Source: Okamejei kenojei (taxonomy: Eukaryota). Taken from it: a stretch of 64,000 nucleotides of DNA. Location: contig CM069142.1 of the NCBI GenBank assembly GCA_035221665.1, forward strand, positions 434,001-498,000, read 5' to 3'. Made by a program: the position numbers and the translations under genes. The notes below the pieces were generated by a model. That model was not told the DNA's origin, searched no databases, and saw only the letters and a list, made by a program, of their open reading frames with translations. This document shows positions 37,671 to 52,177 of the stretch, one piece after another (within the stretch, counting starts at the first letter, position 1; each line of letters begins with the position of its first letter).

Positions 37671-38639
37671 TTATGCAGGTGGGGGACAGGGCAAGCGGGG
37701 GGAGCGCTGTCTGAGTGAAATTCGCATGGTGCAAAGCCAATGTGATACACACAACACGATGAACAGGAAGGTTGGCGCTGTAATTAAGACGATGAAAGCA
37801 CAGTGTACGGGAAGGTCAACGTAAGTTCTTTAAAAGACGGGGGACGAGGGGGCCGAGGTGGTGAGCTAGGGGGGAAATGGGGTGGGGAGAAGGAGTGGAG
37901 AAAACTTTAAGAAGCCAGAGAGATACTTTCAGGCTCTGAAACCCGGCGGACATTAACATTACCGGTCGGTTATCCTTTGTTCTGAAAACGACTGTTTATA
38001 CGTATTTTTTTTTTTTTTTCCCAATTAGGAAGCCAATGAAAATTCACCAACAAACCGGTCAGCAGTGGCGGACAACTATGAGAACCTACGAGAACCTACG
38101 ACCTCCTGGCGACCCACTACCATTGCAACCTACGCCACGAGAATTCTCGCTAACTCTAACTTCGGCATGGTGGCTTCATTCTGGTCAACATGTTGAAAAA
38201 TTAGCAGTGACCAGAATGAAGCCACGACTAGTTCTGAAAATGCAGGAACTCCTCACCACCATGAAGGCGACTCCCCGACAACCACCCGCGAACATGTGGC
38301 AACCATGTGGCGATGCATAGTCTCCTGTAGTCGCCTAAAAAGTTGCCTAAAAAGTCGCCTAAGTGGAACAGGCCCATTAGCGTGCTGTTCTCCTGCCTGA
38401 TATAGTGGCCATTGTCAAATGTACGTCCCACACTCACTATACATATGAAATCTCCCTCGGCAATGCCACAGCTCATAAAGTTGCCAAAGAAGCAACAGTC
38501 TCTAGACAGACCCTTATGCCGCTCCTCCGTCAGCAGATGTCCAGCTCCCTCACACGGTGGTAGAGGCCCAGGGGACGGTAGAGGAGAGGGAAAGACAGCA
38601 CTGGTTACACATAGGCAGCAGCCAGGATGCCAGTAAGAT

Positions 38640-39610
38640 ATAGAAACATAGAAACATAAAAAATAGGTGCAGGAGGATGCCATTTGGCCTTTTGAGCCAG
38701 CAGCGCCATTCATTGAAATCATGGCTGATCGTCCACAATCAATAACCCGTGCCTGCCTTCTCCCCATATCCCTTAATTCCACTAGCCCCTAGAGCTCTAT
38801 CTAACTCTCTCTTAAATCCATCCAGTGATTTGGCCTCCATTGCCCTCTGTGGCAGGGAATTCTACAAATTCACAACTCTCTGGGTGAAAACGTTTTTTCT
38901 CACCTCAGTCTTAAATGGCCTCCCCTTTATTCTAAGACTGTGACCCCCTAATTCTGGACTTGTGCAACATGGGCATTTTCCTGCATCCAGTCCTTTTTTA
39001 ATTTTATATGTTTCTAATTAGATCCCCCTCATCCTTCTAAACTCCAGTGAATACAAGCCTAGACTTTTCAATCTTTCCTCATATGACAGTCTCTCCATAC
39101 CAGGGATCAATCTCGTGAACCTACGCTGCAAACACCTGCTTCAAATCACAAAGGATGTCCTTCCTCAAATTAGGAGACCAAAACTGTACGCAATACTCCA
39201 GATGTGGTCTTAATTAATTAATAAACCAGAGCCCTATACAACTGCAGAAGAACCTCTCTAACTCCTATACTGAAATCCTCTTGTTATGAAGGCCAACATT
39301 CCATTAGCTTTCTTCCACTGCCCTGCTGTAACCTGTAAGCCACTTTCAGTGACCACCGGTGTACATGACACCACCCAGGTCACTCGCTGTATCTCCCTTC
39401 CTCCCCCTTACTTAACCTAACCCCCATTGAGATAATAATCCGCCCCCTTGCTTTTTGCCACCAAAGTGGATAACCTCACATTTATCTATATTATACTGCA
39501 TCTGCCCGCCCACGTCACTGAACCTGTCCAGGTTACCCTGCAAAACCTCCTAACATCCTCTTCACAGTTCACACTGCCCACCCAGCTTTGGTGTCATCTG
39601 CAGACTTGCT
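38640..39610 (-). mobile_element. CR1 3' fragment, indel-rich
   Basis: (ATAGAAAC)n tail and homology to 7190-8120. Confidence 0.85.
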
Positions 39611-39611
39611 A

Positions 39612-39782
39612 GCAAGGCATTGAAGGTGAGGCATTGAGGGCAAGGCATTGAGGGCAAGGCATTGACGGCAAGGCAATGAATGGCAAGGCATTGAAGGCAG
39701 GCATTGAATTGGCATTGAAGGCAAGGCATTTGAGGACAAGGCATTGAAGGCAAGGCATTGAAGCCATTGAGGGCAAGGCATT
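39612..39782. repeat. Minisatellite, ~14-nt unit AAGGCATTGAGGGC
   Basis: About 12 degenerate tandem copies. Confidence 0.85.
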
Positions 39783-39849
39783 TTTACTATGAAGAAGGAT
39801 GAGAATTGAGGAGCTTTTGGGCAGTGAATGTCTTGAGAGCAGTCAGTAT

Positions 39850-40905
39850 TGAAGAAGGACTGCAGGGAAAAGGCTAGGAAATATAGGCCAGTGAGCTTAA
39901 CATCCGTAGTAGGAAAGTTACGAGAGAGTATTCTGTGGGACAAGATATACATGTATTTAATGGATAAGGTCTGATTAGGGAGTTTCAAAATGGTTTTGTT
40001 CATGGTAGTTCAAATCTGAGTTTTTTAATATATTACCTAATAGGTTGATGAGGGCAGAGCAGAGTTGCATTCAACGAGGTTCCACATGGTAGGCTGCTCT
40101 GGAAGGTCAGATCACATGGGATGAATGAGAGATACCTGAATGGAATGAGGGTGATGGTGGAAGGTTGCTTCTCAGAATGGAGGCCTGTGAGTAATGGTGT
40201 GCCTCAGGGTTCAGTGTGGCACCATTACTTTTTGTCATCTATATCAATGATTTGGATGAGAACTTACATGGAAAGTTTAGCAAGTTTGCAGGTGATACAA
40301 AAGTGGATGGTTTTGCAGATAATGAAGATGGTAATTCGAATAGCACTGTCCTTTAATTGGCATACGTGACAATAAAAGACATTTGAAACCTTTGAAACCT
40401 TTGCAGGTCCTGGTGTGGTTGGCATGGAAACTAGTGCCATGGAGAGCTCGGCCTGTGGGATGTGGGAACTCAGGAAGATAGTCAATGTCCTTGAGGACTA
40501 CATCTGCAGGAAGTGCGTCCAGATGCAGCTCCTTAAAGACCGCGCTAGGGAACTGGGGCTGTGACTGGACGACCTCAGCTCATCCAGAGAGTGGGGCAAG
40601 TCATAGAAAAGTAGCTCTCAAGAAGTGGTCGCAGCTAAAGTACAGACAGAGAAATAGATTGGTGACCACATGAAAAATAGAGGTAGGAAAAGAGTTCTGG
40701 AATTTCCTGCGGCCATTCCCCTGCCAAACAGGTAACATTTTGGACATGGTTGAGGTGGGTTTATCATTCAGGAGGGGAGCAGCAGCATCCATGTCGGTGG
40801 CACTGGCCCTGGCTCTGAGGCACAGCGGGGTAAGGTGAATTCAGGCAGAGCAATAGTGTGAAGGCACTCTATAGATAGGGGGACAGACAGGAGATTCTGT
40901 GGCAG
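39850..40905 (+). mobile_element. Degenerate CR1 RT fragment (to ~40330) and CR1 ORF1 fragment (zinc finger/esterase, ~40420-40905)
   Basis: EWRPVSNGVPQGS; ACGMWE...YICRKC...LDDL; RGTDRRFCG. Confidence 0.7.
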
Positions 40906-42179
40906 CCAGGGGTGTAGTGTTGCCGAAGCTCACCGGAGCGCCACTCTTTTTACTTCCGGCACCTCTGTAAAAAAAAGCCAAAAAACAACAGCAGAGAATT
41001 TTAATAAATCAGGAGGAGGCGGGGGAATTTAACAGTGTCCGCATATTAAATAAAGGGGATTTTAACGGAAGCAAAAGGCTGGGGTAGATAAATTAATACT
41101 TTAGTAAAGATTCAATCTTCTTTAACTTCTTGAATATCTAAAAAACTCAGCAGGATTTGTATTGGTCTACTAACCATGGTCATACCCGCGTGTGAGGAAT
41201 TGGAGAATCGACACCTACACTCTCACTTCCTGTCCAAACATTTCTGAGAGAACAAATAAATGGTACGAGGCAGCGTTTGCCAACCTAACCGCTTTTGATA
41301 CTAATCTAATATTCTGCGTATCCGTGGCTTTTATCAAAAAGTTTCTCAATTAAAAGTTCATTTTTTCATATTTGATTTTCTTGGTTGAGTTTGGTTCAAA
41401 TTTTGGCGCGCGAAGATTTTATACAACAGCACAGTCCTAGCGAAACGCTGCGCGCGGGCCGCACGTCACTATTCCTTTGTCAACGTGCCAACCAAGTGTG
41501 CTAATGCGCACATCACGGTTAACGTGTCATGGCTGACGCGTGCGTCGTCGTCGTGACGCGTAAATGCTGTCCGTTAAAATACGGGCCCCAAGTTGGGCCC
41601 TTAGGCTACATTTGTGGTAGTCCAATTCCACTTCCATAGATCACTCTCGTACTACTTAAAGTTAATTTTTTACCTCACTAAACAAGTCCTATGGCTTCTT
41701 CAACGCGCAAACAATGTAAACTTATTTCTTTCGTAAACAACTGAGAGTTAACAAGAAAAAACGTACAATAGACTGATAAAATTAAAAGTGCAAAAAGCTG
41801 AGTTTCGTTCGCCTGCTTCTAGTATCAAATTTTCATAACTGGTTCCAAATGTAGTTCTGAAAGTTAATAAATGTTTCAAAGTCAGGCTTGTAATTCCTGT
41901 TCAGGGTGTATACAACTGAAGAAATGTGGAAAAATTGAGAGAAAACTTATCTCCCCTGGATTTTATCCCCAAGCAAAACCTGAAACTGAAATCTTAATCC
42001 CCCCAAGCAAAAAACCAGAAATGAACAACCCTGGTTGACAGCTTCACCGGCACCTAAAATAATAGCACCAACACTGATCCTCTCCACATCCCCTCTAAGT
42101 CTTTCATTATTTTTCCGTATGTTTCAATGTGCGGGGGCCCCCCCCTCTCAATTCGTCTAAACTGCCAACCAATATCCAT

Positions 42180-43660
42180 ATAATAACCAATAATAATTAC
42201 AGACAACGGAAAACAGGCCCTCTTCCACTCACCTCTCGGGCCCTTCCAATTCCTGTCGATCCAATTGTTTTCCCCCTAGTCCCATCTACCCCTGCACTCC
42301 AGACCATACCCCCTACCCATTCCCCTTCCCGTCCATATACCTATCATCACTTTAGTGGCTTTTTACAATGTTAAAATCGATCCTGCCTCCCATACTTCTG
42401 CAGGAATCTCATTCCCACACACAAGCCCACCACCCTCTGAGTAAAGAAGTTTTCCTCCCCCCCCACACGTTACCTACCCCCTAAACTTTTAAAACCTTTT
42501 CCGTCCCTTAATTCTCATGTCATGCCCTCTTGTTTGATCTTCCTTACCCTCAATGGGAAAAAACGTATCCACGTCAACACTGTCTAAATTTCATCCCTTT
42601 CCATCATTTTAAAGACCTCATTCAAGCGTCCCCCCTTAACCTTGCCTGCGCTCCAAAGATTAAAGGGCCCCTAACTTGTTCAAACCTTTCTTTCTTTCTC
42701 TGTAACACGTTGCTGTAACCCCAGGCAACATTCTAGTAAATCTCCTCTTACTCTCTCTATTTTTGTTGACAATCCTTCATATAATTAGGCACCACAATTG
42801 TAACAAACCATACTCCTCCAAATTGGTCTTACCTATGCCGTGTATCAAATTTAAAAACATTACGAACTATCCCTACTCCATATTCAAATGCTCAGATTAT
42901 AAAGGCCAGCACACCAAAGGCTTTCTTTACACCCCGCCCCCATCTACCTTTGATTCCCACCTTCAGGGAACTATGCAGACAGTAATTCCTGGATCTCTCT
43001 GTTCCACAGCATTTCCTTCCTCAATTCCCTATAAACCATTTACATGTACATCCTATTTTGAATTTGTCCTGCCAAGATGTAGCACTTCACAACTTATCAG
43101 CATTAAAACTTCCCATCTGCCATCTTTTCAGCCCCTTTTTTTTTCCTTCCATATGGCCTAAATCTCTCTGTAGGACTTTTGAAACATCTACTTCATTATC
43201 CACAACACCACCTATCTTAGTATCATCTGCATATTTGTAATCTAATTTTTCCACCCCAATCAACAGATCCATTGATGTACAGACAAACAAAAACAGTGGA
43301 CCCAACAAGATCCCTGAGGCACCCCACTGTCACCACTCGGCTCCAATCTGACAAAACAGCCATCCCACCATTACTCCCTCATGACATCTCCCATTCAGCC
43401 ACTGTTGAATCCATCTTGCTACTTACATTCTTCTTTTACTTCCGCCATTAACCACCCCGAACCCAAAGATTGAACCTTCTTACCAACCTTCCCAGGGGAC
43501 ATGTCAAAGGCTTACTGAACCATTTTAGACAACATCCCACTGCTTTAACCCTCACAATTTCCTCCCTAGTTACCCCTCTTCAAAAAATTCAAGAAGGTTT
43601 GTACAAACATGACCTTCCAGGCACAAATCCAATTATGACTGTTCCTGATCAACACTGTTT
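42180..43660 (-). mobile_element. CR1 (family B), indel-rich copy
   Basis: Colinear with 16622-17940; contains KYADDTKIGGVVDNEVD. Confidence 0.85.
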
Positions 43661-44052
43661 TATATCGAGTACAGGCCCAGTGGCCGTCAATGCTCATCAA
43701 ATGTTGTTAAAACCACCCTCATTCCTTGGATCATTCATGTAACCTCCTCTGGACCCCCTCCAAAGCAGCAACATATATCCTTCTTTAGATTGGTGCCACA
43801 AAATTGGTTAACTATACTCCAAAAGCGGCCTAACCCACTCCAGCGCCAAATAAGAGCCTCAGCATCACATCCCCAGTTTATTCGTGTTAACTTTCCTCTC
43901 CCCTGCACAAACTTATCCCTAAAACTGCTTAACTGATGACAGCTGGATAAAAGACTGTTCCCTGAAAATCTGGAGGTAAGGGCGTTTTTCCCCCACACTT
44001 CCATTCCACCTTGCCTTGAATGGAGAGAGAAGAGGGATTGACTTATTATCCC

Positions 44053-44264
44053 NNNNNNNNNNNNNNNNNNNNNNNNNNNNNNNNNNNNNNNNNNNNNNNN
44101 NNNNNNNNNNNNNNNNNNNNNNNNNNNNNNNNNNNNNNNNNNNNNNNNNNNNNNNNNNNNNNNNNNNNNNNNNNNNNNNNNNNNNNNNNNNNNNNNNNNN
44201 NNNNNNNNNNNNNNNNNNNNNNNNNNNNNNNNNNNNNNNNNNNNNNNNNNNNNNNNNNNNNNNN
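44053..44264. other. Assembly gap
   Basis: Run of N. Confidence 1.
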
Positions 44265-44719
44265 CACCCCGCCACCACCCCCCCCCCCCCACCACCGCCC
44301 CCCCCCACCCCCCCCCCCCACGCTTCTACCCCCCCACGCATAGACCCCCACAACTCCCGTTCCACGTCCAGCACCAACACCCGTTCACTCGGAGCAATCC
44401 AAACAATGATAAGGCAGTCAGGACGTCTCAGCAGACAGGGCAGCATCCTTTAGAGGGAACCACAGGATGTGAGAAAGCAAGTGTGGTTTAAACTGGAGTG
44501 ACGGAGAGGGTGGAGTGATCAAAGTTTGTATGAAACGGAAAGGCCAACTAGTAAACACACTAATTACTAAAAAAAAAAAGATACAAGATTTTTGTTGTAT
44601 ATAAATAACCTTACAACTCAATAAAACAACAAAAATTTCAAACTGGTGCCAAATGCCCGATGGAAATGTCAAGTAGATGTGAACCTTTTCACCCGGAGTG
44701 ATGTACTTTAATCACACAT

Positions 44720-45600
44720 CTAGTTTAGTTTAGAGATACAAATAGGAAAACAGGCCCTCAGCTTCTCTGATTCCCTCCTATAAAACAAACAAATAAATAA
44801 AAAAAAAAACAAACATAAGAAACACGAAAAAAAAAAACAAAAGCCCAACTGTCCATGATCCCCCCTCCCCCCCCTTACACTATCCTACACACCAGGGTCC
44901 AATTTACAACTCTTGCCAAAGCCAATTAAACCTACTAATTCTTTGGAATGAGGGAGGAGAACCCAGAGCACACGCCAAAGAAAACCAACATGTTCATGGG
45001 GCGAAAATTCAAAATCCGTACGAGCCACCGTAGTCAGGATCGAATCTGTGAGGCAACAAACTCTACTGCTGCACCACCGTGCTGCCCCATCTAGGAATAT
45101 ATTTATTTGGTTTAGTTAATTAGATTCAACTAGTACAGACACTCAAGAGGTAATTCCATTCCTATTGATGAGCAACAAACCCAATACTCTAAACTCCATT
45201 GCTATTTCTTTGTTTGGGTCTGGGGAACTGTATCAGATGAAATGCATCCTTGAAGTGAACATGGTGGTGCAGCAGAAGAGTTTTTGCCTCACAGCCCCAT
45301 AAGACTCTGGTTTTGATCCTGCTACGGTGCTGTCGTGTGTGTTTGCTCCTTTTCCCTGTGACAGTGTGGTTTCCTCCTGGTCATCATTGTGCTGCTCCGG
45401 TTTCCTTCCGCTCCTCCTCCGTTCCTTTCCTCCACATTCCCAAGACCCCTGCAGGTTTGTAGGTTAAGGTCTATGGTAAATTGTCCCTCGTTTGTAGGAT
45501 AGCATGGGGGAAAATGGTATTAACTGATCGTCACGGACTTCGGTTGGCTGAGGGTTTGTTGAAACGCTGACCCTCTAAGCCTAACTAAACTAAGCAAGCG
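44720..45600. mobile_element. Two oppositely oriented tRNA-headed SINE copies
   Basis: A/B-box-like heads (GGTGGTGCAGC...GATCCTG) at ~45030-45090 (-) and ~45260-45330 (+); (CTAAA)n tails. Confidence 0.55.
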
Positions 45601-48600
45601 GATAACTATTATGAAAACAACCATGCGTCTTGCTTTAGGGAATCTTGGGGACAAAACGTCTCTGTCCATTCCCTCCACAGATGATGCCTGACCCATTGAG
45701 TTTCTTCCAACACTTTGTGTTTTGTTCAGGTTCTTAGCATCTCTGCAATTATGTGTCATAGAGTCATACAGTGTGGAAGCAGGTTCTTTTCTTCGGACCA
45801 AGGGTTTGTTGCCCACACCCGCCTACCTGGCACTTGGCTCATTATCCCTCTATAAACACCTGTCCTATCCAGCACCTGTCCAAATGCTTTCTTAAACATT
45901 GTAAATACAACCTGCCCAGCATTTGTGGTTCCAAACACCCCATCAATCCTTTGTGAAAACGTTCCTATTAAATCGTTCCCCTCTCAACTTAAACCGAATG
46001 TCCTCTGGTCTTGATTCCCCCCTGCTTCTGGGGCAGAACACTGTGCATCATCCGCTCTAATTCCTCTCATGATTTTAATACACTCTATAAGATCATTCCT
46101 TATCCACCTGCCACTCCTCAGTAATAAAGTCCTAGCCAGCTCAACCACCCTCGAGTCCCGGCAACATCCCTCGTAAATGGTCTATTCACCTTGTATCCTC
46201 TTAAATGTAATGTACGTACTTATAGCAGATTGTTGGTCATTTTAAGAGGATATCGGTGGAATGTTATACACATAATGAACATCAAAATGATGCTCCATAA
46301 CTTTCAAGTTTCTATATTAGCGACTTTGTTTGGTATTACAGGGTGTCTACAAGTGTATTCCATCAGTGTTATCAACACATTACATGGGAACTGTTTGCAT
46401 AAACTCATGCTACTGAGATTTTGTACAACTACTTACATAAATTGTGGAGAAATGTATGGAGTTTGAATTTAATTATATTTTGTTCATTAAAAAAAATATT
46501 ACCCAGGAACATGCAATACATCTGGTAAAATGTTGGAAATACTGCATTGTCTTTAGGCTCACAAGCCATTTGGTTAAGAATTGCCTAGTAGCAAATACAG
46601 CAGTGAACAGGGCCAAAGGGCATGATTTGTGACTGTGTGTCAGACATTGGTGAGGCCACATGTGGAGTATCGGGATACCCGGCACTTGTGGTTCTTTTGA
46701 TTGTAGGAAGACCGTGGGCCCGAGACCTTCCCTGGTGGGGAGTGGAGGTCCAAAGACACACACTGGGCACCTGAGTGAAGTTGAAATTATGGGGGTCTAG
46801 GAATTAGAACATACGGTGATGTTTAAAAAAAACGGCACTGGGCTTGTACTCACAAAATTTAGAAGATGCGGGGGCACTTTATTGAAACTTACCAAAAAGT
46901 GAAAGGCTTGAATCGAGTGGATTGGAGAGATGTTTCAAGTACTGGGAAGTCCTATGCTAAGAGGTCATAGCCTCTAGAATTAAAGATGTTCCTTTAGAAG
47001 GGAGATGGAGGAATCTCTATTTTAGTCAAGGGTATAGATCTGTGGAAATTCTTTGCCACATCAGCAGTGGAGGACAAGCAATGGATATTTTTTAAGGCAG
47101 AGATAGATAGATTATGGGCAGAAGGCAAGAGAATGAGTTTAGGAGGAGAGATAGATAAGCCATGGTTGCATTCTGGAGCAGACTTGAATGGACCAATTGA
47201 CCTAATTCTGCTCCTATATCTGAGAAGTGAGAAAGCTATTGACGAGTCAAAGAAACATGTGAGGACACTCTGATGTATTTCGGAAGAACTGAACGGCGGG
47301 GGGGGGGGTGGGCGGGGAACTAAAATAGAATGGATTAGTGGTCTGGTGGGACGGAGCAGGTAGAACAAAGGGGTCTCGCCAGGGCAGTCCAGTTGTGGAT
47401 TTTGGGAAAGGAGTTTAGTGGAGTCGGGCTCAACTCTGGCCACTGGAGCCAAACGGGCCAGTCCTTGAACACTTTCGGGGGGGGTGGGGGGGGGGGGGGG
47501 GGGGGGGGGGGCCCGGTGTGGGTGGTGGGGGTGGGGGGGGGGGGGAGGGGAATGGGGGGGTGGGGCGGGCGGGGGGGGGGGGGGGGGGGGGGGGGGGGTG
47601 GGGAACGGGGTCCAGGTGCGTCAGTGCAAACTAAAGTAAAAAATAGGTTCCTCTGCAAAGATCAATTGCCAACAGGAGACAGTCAGGAGAACAGGCAGAC
47701 CCAATGAATTCAATGATCTTTTATTTTCACAACAGCAATGAGGTGCAGAACCATCCAAATCAATAAGTCCCTACCCAAACCCCCACGTCCCCCCCTCGAC
47801 TCCCCGAACAGGTAGCCGACCCCTAACCCCCCGTAACACCAATGCACCCAGAATTCACACCATAACTCGGGGGCATAACCCCCCCGCCCCTCCCCCCTCG
47901 CCCGCCCCCCCCCCCGAGTACCCCCTCCGTCCATGATGTCTCTGGGGGGGGTCCCGGGCACCGGTAAGTTGGGGTGGGGGGTTCCGCCCGCGCCGGGTGC
48001 GCATATCCTCTCCACAGTGTGTTACCCACCACCAACCCCCCCCCCCAATGCCACAACCCCTGCTGGGACCCACCATGATACTCATGCACCGGCCCCCCCC
48101 GCCCCCCACCCGCCCCCCTCGTTGCAAACTCCAAGTATCACGCGACCCCCCGCCCCCCACCCCCACCCACCCCTTGCTGGCTCCTTCTTTGTTCCAACGA
48201 GGCCCAAATAAATGCCCTTAAACAGACGAAACCGCAAATAAAATCCGTGATCAAGCAATAACTTTATTTTTGCCAGGCGGGTGTGGTAAAATCTCCCTTC
48301 ACAGTATGCTGATAACAACTATAACAGAGGACGTCCCACACAAAGGGACAATTGAATTCAGTACATGTAATATATATATATTATATACAGAACCTTTTAT
48401 TCGACGATCAGCAATACATTTATCTCTAAAGATAGTACAACAGCGTCTTGTTGCTTCTTAAGATTGACAGCATGTGAAGGTTTTAGACAAGAAATTTGAC
48501 AGGGTTTTCCCGTGAACAGATATTTACGGCCGAAAAGCAATTTTTAGTTTTTTTCTACTTATGACAACACTTAGTCTGAATTCTCCTCTCTCAAATGTTT

Positions 48601-49670
48601 ACATTGTAGAAGACATTCGTGAAATGTGTGCTTGTTATCTCGCTTAGTTATTAGGAAAGAGAACATCAACAGTCTGCTAGAAACATAGCAACATAGACAA
48701 ATAGGTGATGATGGGCCATTCCCAGCCCTTCGAGCCACACCTCTTCCGCCATTTCTTTGTGACATGGTCTTGATTCATCCCCTAACAATAACCCATGCCT
48801 TCCTTCTCCCCATATTCCCTTGGCTCCACTAGCCCCTAGAGCACTATCCAACTCCTCTAGCTTTGTTAATGATACCGAAAGCACAGGTTAGTGGAATAGA
48901 ATTGGAAAAAGGATAATTTAAATAGAAGCTTTCATATTTTTCAAGCAGACAATTAACCCATTTTTGTATCAATAAAAATCCAATAACATTAAACATCCAG
49001 TTTTTCCACTCTCACCCTTGGCCCATTTTCAGTTAGATGGGTTTTGTACTGAGAATATTCCCTTCCTCCCACATCGGTATTCCTTTTTTATGCAGATATG
49101 CTTTCTGTTTTTCAGTCAGATGCAGTTGGACCCCAGGTCTCTCACGTCCCTGAATTTCCATGAAACCCCCCCTTGGCCCCCATGTGCACCCCCTTCCCTC
49201 CCACAGCCGCACACCCCCTTTCCATCATCAAACGCTTTCCACCTAAAACCCTTACCACAGCGGGCTTTATCCCATATCACTTCTTATCCACTTGAGATTA
49301 GAGTCATAGAATCATATAGTTGGAAACAGGGCCCTTGGCCTAAAACCTGCTCAGACCGGCGACCCACCAGAACATGTCCCATCAAGCACTAGTCACGACA
49401 TGCCCAGCATGTTTGGCCCCCAATATCCCTCAAGACCAATCCTATCCATGTCGCATTAATCCAAAATATTATTAAACTCGTTTGGTATATAATAACCACG
49501 ACTGTCACATATTCATTGAAGCCGTCATCTTGTTCCATATGAATGGATCAAATCCAAAACACATCGACCGTCCGCCTACCCTAGCACTTCAAAGAGTATG
49601 ACAACCACGTCCGGATCCAATCTAACGCCGCCCCACCCCACATGGGCGGTACAGCCACCCATAGTTGTAA

Positions 49671-50170
49671 NNNNNNNNNNNNNNNNNNNNNNNNNNNNNN
49701 NNNNNNNNNNNNNNNNNNNNNNNNNNNNNNNNNNNNNNNNNNNNNNNNNNNNNNNNNNNNNNNNNNNNNNNNNNNNNNNNNNNNNNNNNNNNNNNNNNNN
49801 NNNNNNNNNNNNNNNNNNNNNNNNNNNNNNNNNNNNNNNNNNNNNNNNNNNNNNNNNNNNNNNNNNNNNNNNNNNNNNNNNNNNNNNNNNNNNNNNNNNN
49901 NNNNNNNNNNNNNNNNNNNNNNNNNNNNNNNNNNNNNNNNNNNNNNNNNNNNNNNNNNNNNNNNNNNNNNNNNNNNNNNNNNNNNNNNNNNNNNNNNNNN
50001 NNNNNNNNNNNNNNNNNNNNNNNNNNNNNNNNNNNNNNNNNNNNNNNNNNNNNNNNNNNNNNNNNNNNNNNNNNNNNNNNNNNNNNNNNNNNNNNNNNNN
50101 NNNNNNNNNNNNNNNNNNNNNNNNNNNNNNNNNNNNNNNNNNNNNNNNNNNNNNNNNNNNNNNNNNNNNN
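49671..50170. other. Assembly gap
   Basis: Run of 500 N. Confidence 1.
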
Positions 50171-50189
50171 GAGATATTGTCGAGATAGT

Positions 50190-52150
50190 ATTACTAACGT
50201 TAAGAGAAAGGTTGTTGAACAAGTTAGGTCTTTTATTTGCTTTGGCACGGCGCAGAAGGTTAAGGGGGGAACTTGATTGAGGTCTTTTAAAACTAACATT
50301 TTTAAACCATATAAACAATTACAGCACGGAGAAGCCCTCTGGCCCTTCCAGTCCGTGCCGACCATTTGTTATCCCCTAGTACCATCTACCTGCACTAAGG
50401 AACATACCCCTCCATTTCTTCACGTCCATATACCGTATCCACTTTACTTTTAAATGTTAAAAAATCGATCCTGCCTCCAACACCTCTGCTGGAAGCTCAT
50501 TCCACACAGCCACCACCCTCTGAGTAAAGAAGTTCCCTCACGTTACCCCTAGAACCGTTCTGTCTACATTAAGCGCATGTATTAATTACATCCGTCAATT
50601 GATGAAAGGGATAGGACAGAGTTGACGTGGTACGTTTTTCCCATTGAGGGTAGGGAAGATTCAAAACAAGATGGCATGACATGAGAATTAAGGGACAGAA
50701 GTTTAGGTGTAACGTGAGGGGGAACTTCTTTACTCAGAGGGTGGTGGCTGTTTGCTGGTGGAATGAGCTTCCAGCAGAGAGTAGTGGAGGCAGGATCGAT
50801 TTTTAACATTTTAAGAGTAAGTGGATAGGTTTATATGGAGTGAAGGGACATGGAGGGGTATGGATCTGAGTGCAAGGTAGGTTGGGACTAGGGGGGAAAA
50901 CAATTTGGTCGGCAACGGACTTGGAAGGGCCGAGGAGGGTGGGCCTAGATTCCCTGCCTGAATTGTTATGGTATGGTTAATAAATTTTTTTTTAGGGGTT
51001 TAAATTTTTTGGTTAACCAGTCAGCGAAAGACGACACATGAATTACAATCGAAACCATTCACATTGCACAGTTACATGATGAAGGGGATAAGGTTTAGTA
51101 CAAGATGAAGCCAGTAAGAGGCCGATAAAGATTAGCTCCGAGGGGGGGGGGGGCCGGGGGTAACGTCCAATCAAACCACATATCATTGGGATGTTGGAAG
51201 GGGAACAGGAGCACCATGTTAAAACCATGGCGGTCATAGGAGAGAATATGTACCAACTCCACACTTGTCAAGTTCCGGGTACGGACAGGATCAAACTCGG
51301 GTCTCTGGCGCTAGATTGTGCATGCGAGCAGCTATGACCAACTGCGCATTGTGCGAAACTCGATGGGCCGAATGGCCGTGTTTCGTATGCTGTTTATTTC
51401 TAATGCTAAATTATGTTCTAAGTTAATTCCATGGGTTGCAGCCTGCAGGTCGCGGTCGCAGCGTATATTGAACTGTTAAGGGATGTCCCTCCTTGGCGTC
51501 ATTTGTGCATTCCATTAGTGTCATATGTTAAAATAGGTCGATGGTTGTGACGCACGGGTAGCGTAGTGGGTTAGCTGCGGGACAGACGATTGGGGGGCTG
51601 TGAAGTGAACGTGGAGTTGTGGTTGCGGTATCCCGCGTGGCCACCTGCGTTGACGTATCGCGGGAACGCACTGCTGGGGGGAAAACGCATTTGGGTTCGC
51701 ACGCTGACGCCAATTGGCGTCGCACGCAATGCGCAGCGTCCAGACATCTCAAGTGTTCTTATCACTGTTCGGTGACACTGTAGTTACATCAGTCGGCCAC
51801 ATTGAGAAAATTAATTACGCCGTAAGCATCAATACTTTCAGAGTAATGCCTTCAGAGGTAAAAAACTTAATCAGGGACAGAAAAAGTTTAGTGGGTAGCG
51901 TGAGGGGGAACTTCTTTACTCATAGGGTGGAGGCTGGTGTGGAGATCGAGCTTCCAGCAAGGTGTTGGAGGCAGGATCGATTTTAACATTTTAAAAGTAA
52001 AGTGGATAGGTATATGGACGTGAAGGGAATGGAGGGGTCATGGTCTGATGTGCAGGTAGATGGGACTAGGGGAAAACCCAAATGGTCGGCACGGACTGGG
52101 AAGCTGGCCGAGGGGGAGGGCTATGTCTCCCTGGCTTGTAATTGTTATAA
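50190..52150. mobile_element. Cluster of CR1 (family B) 3' fragments in both orientations
   Basis: 50190-50290 (+), 50305-50560 (-), 50600-50980 (+) and 51870-52150 (+) match the family B 3' end. Confidence 0.8.
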
Positions 52151-52177
52151 GTATTTTTGGAAACCTCCTTAGTTATA

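Noticed and set aside
38020-38380. Harbinger-like MITE ends (AAGTGGAACAGGCCC; also AAGTGGGAAGGCCC at ~54690-54702)
   Set aside because: Only one terminus is visible for each, so the boundaries cannot be supported.
39612-39782. Repeat array as a possible CRISPR
   Set aside because: Eukaryotic context, no unique spacers and no cas genes; it is a simple minisatellite.
40910-42075. Possible hAT-type MITE (TAGTGTTG...CAACACTG)
   Set aside because: No matching 8-bp TSD, and the sequence quality is low.
43735-50365. ORFs with poly-X, poly-Pro or poly-Gly
   Set aside because: They span N gaps or G/C homopolymers in low-quality sequence.
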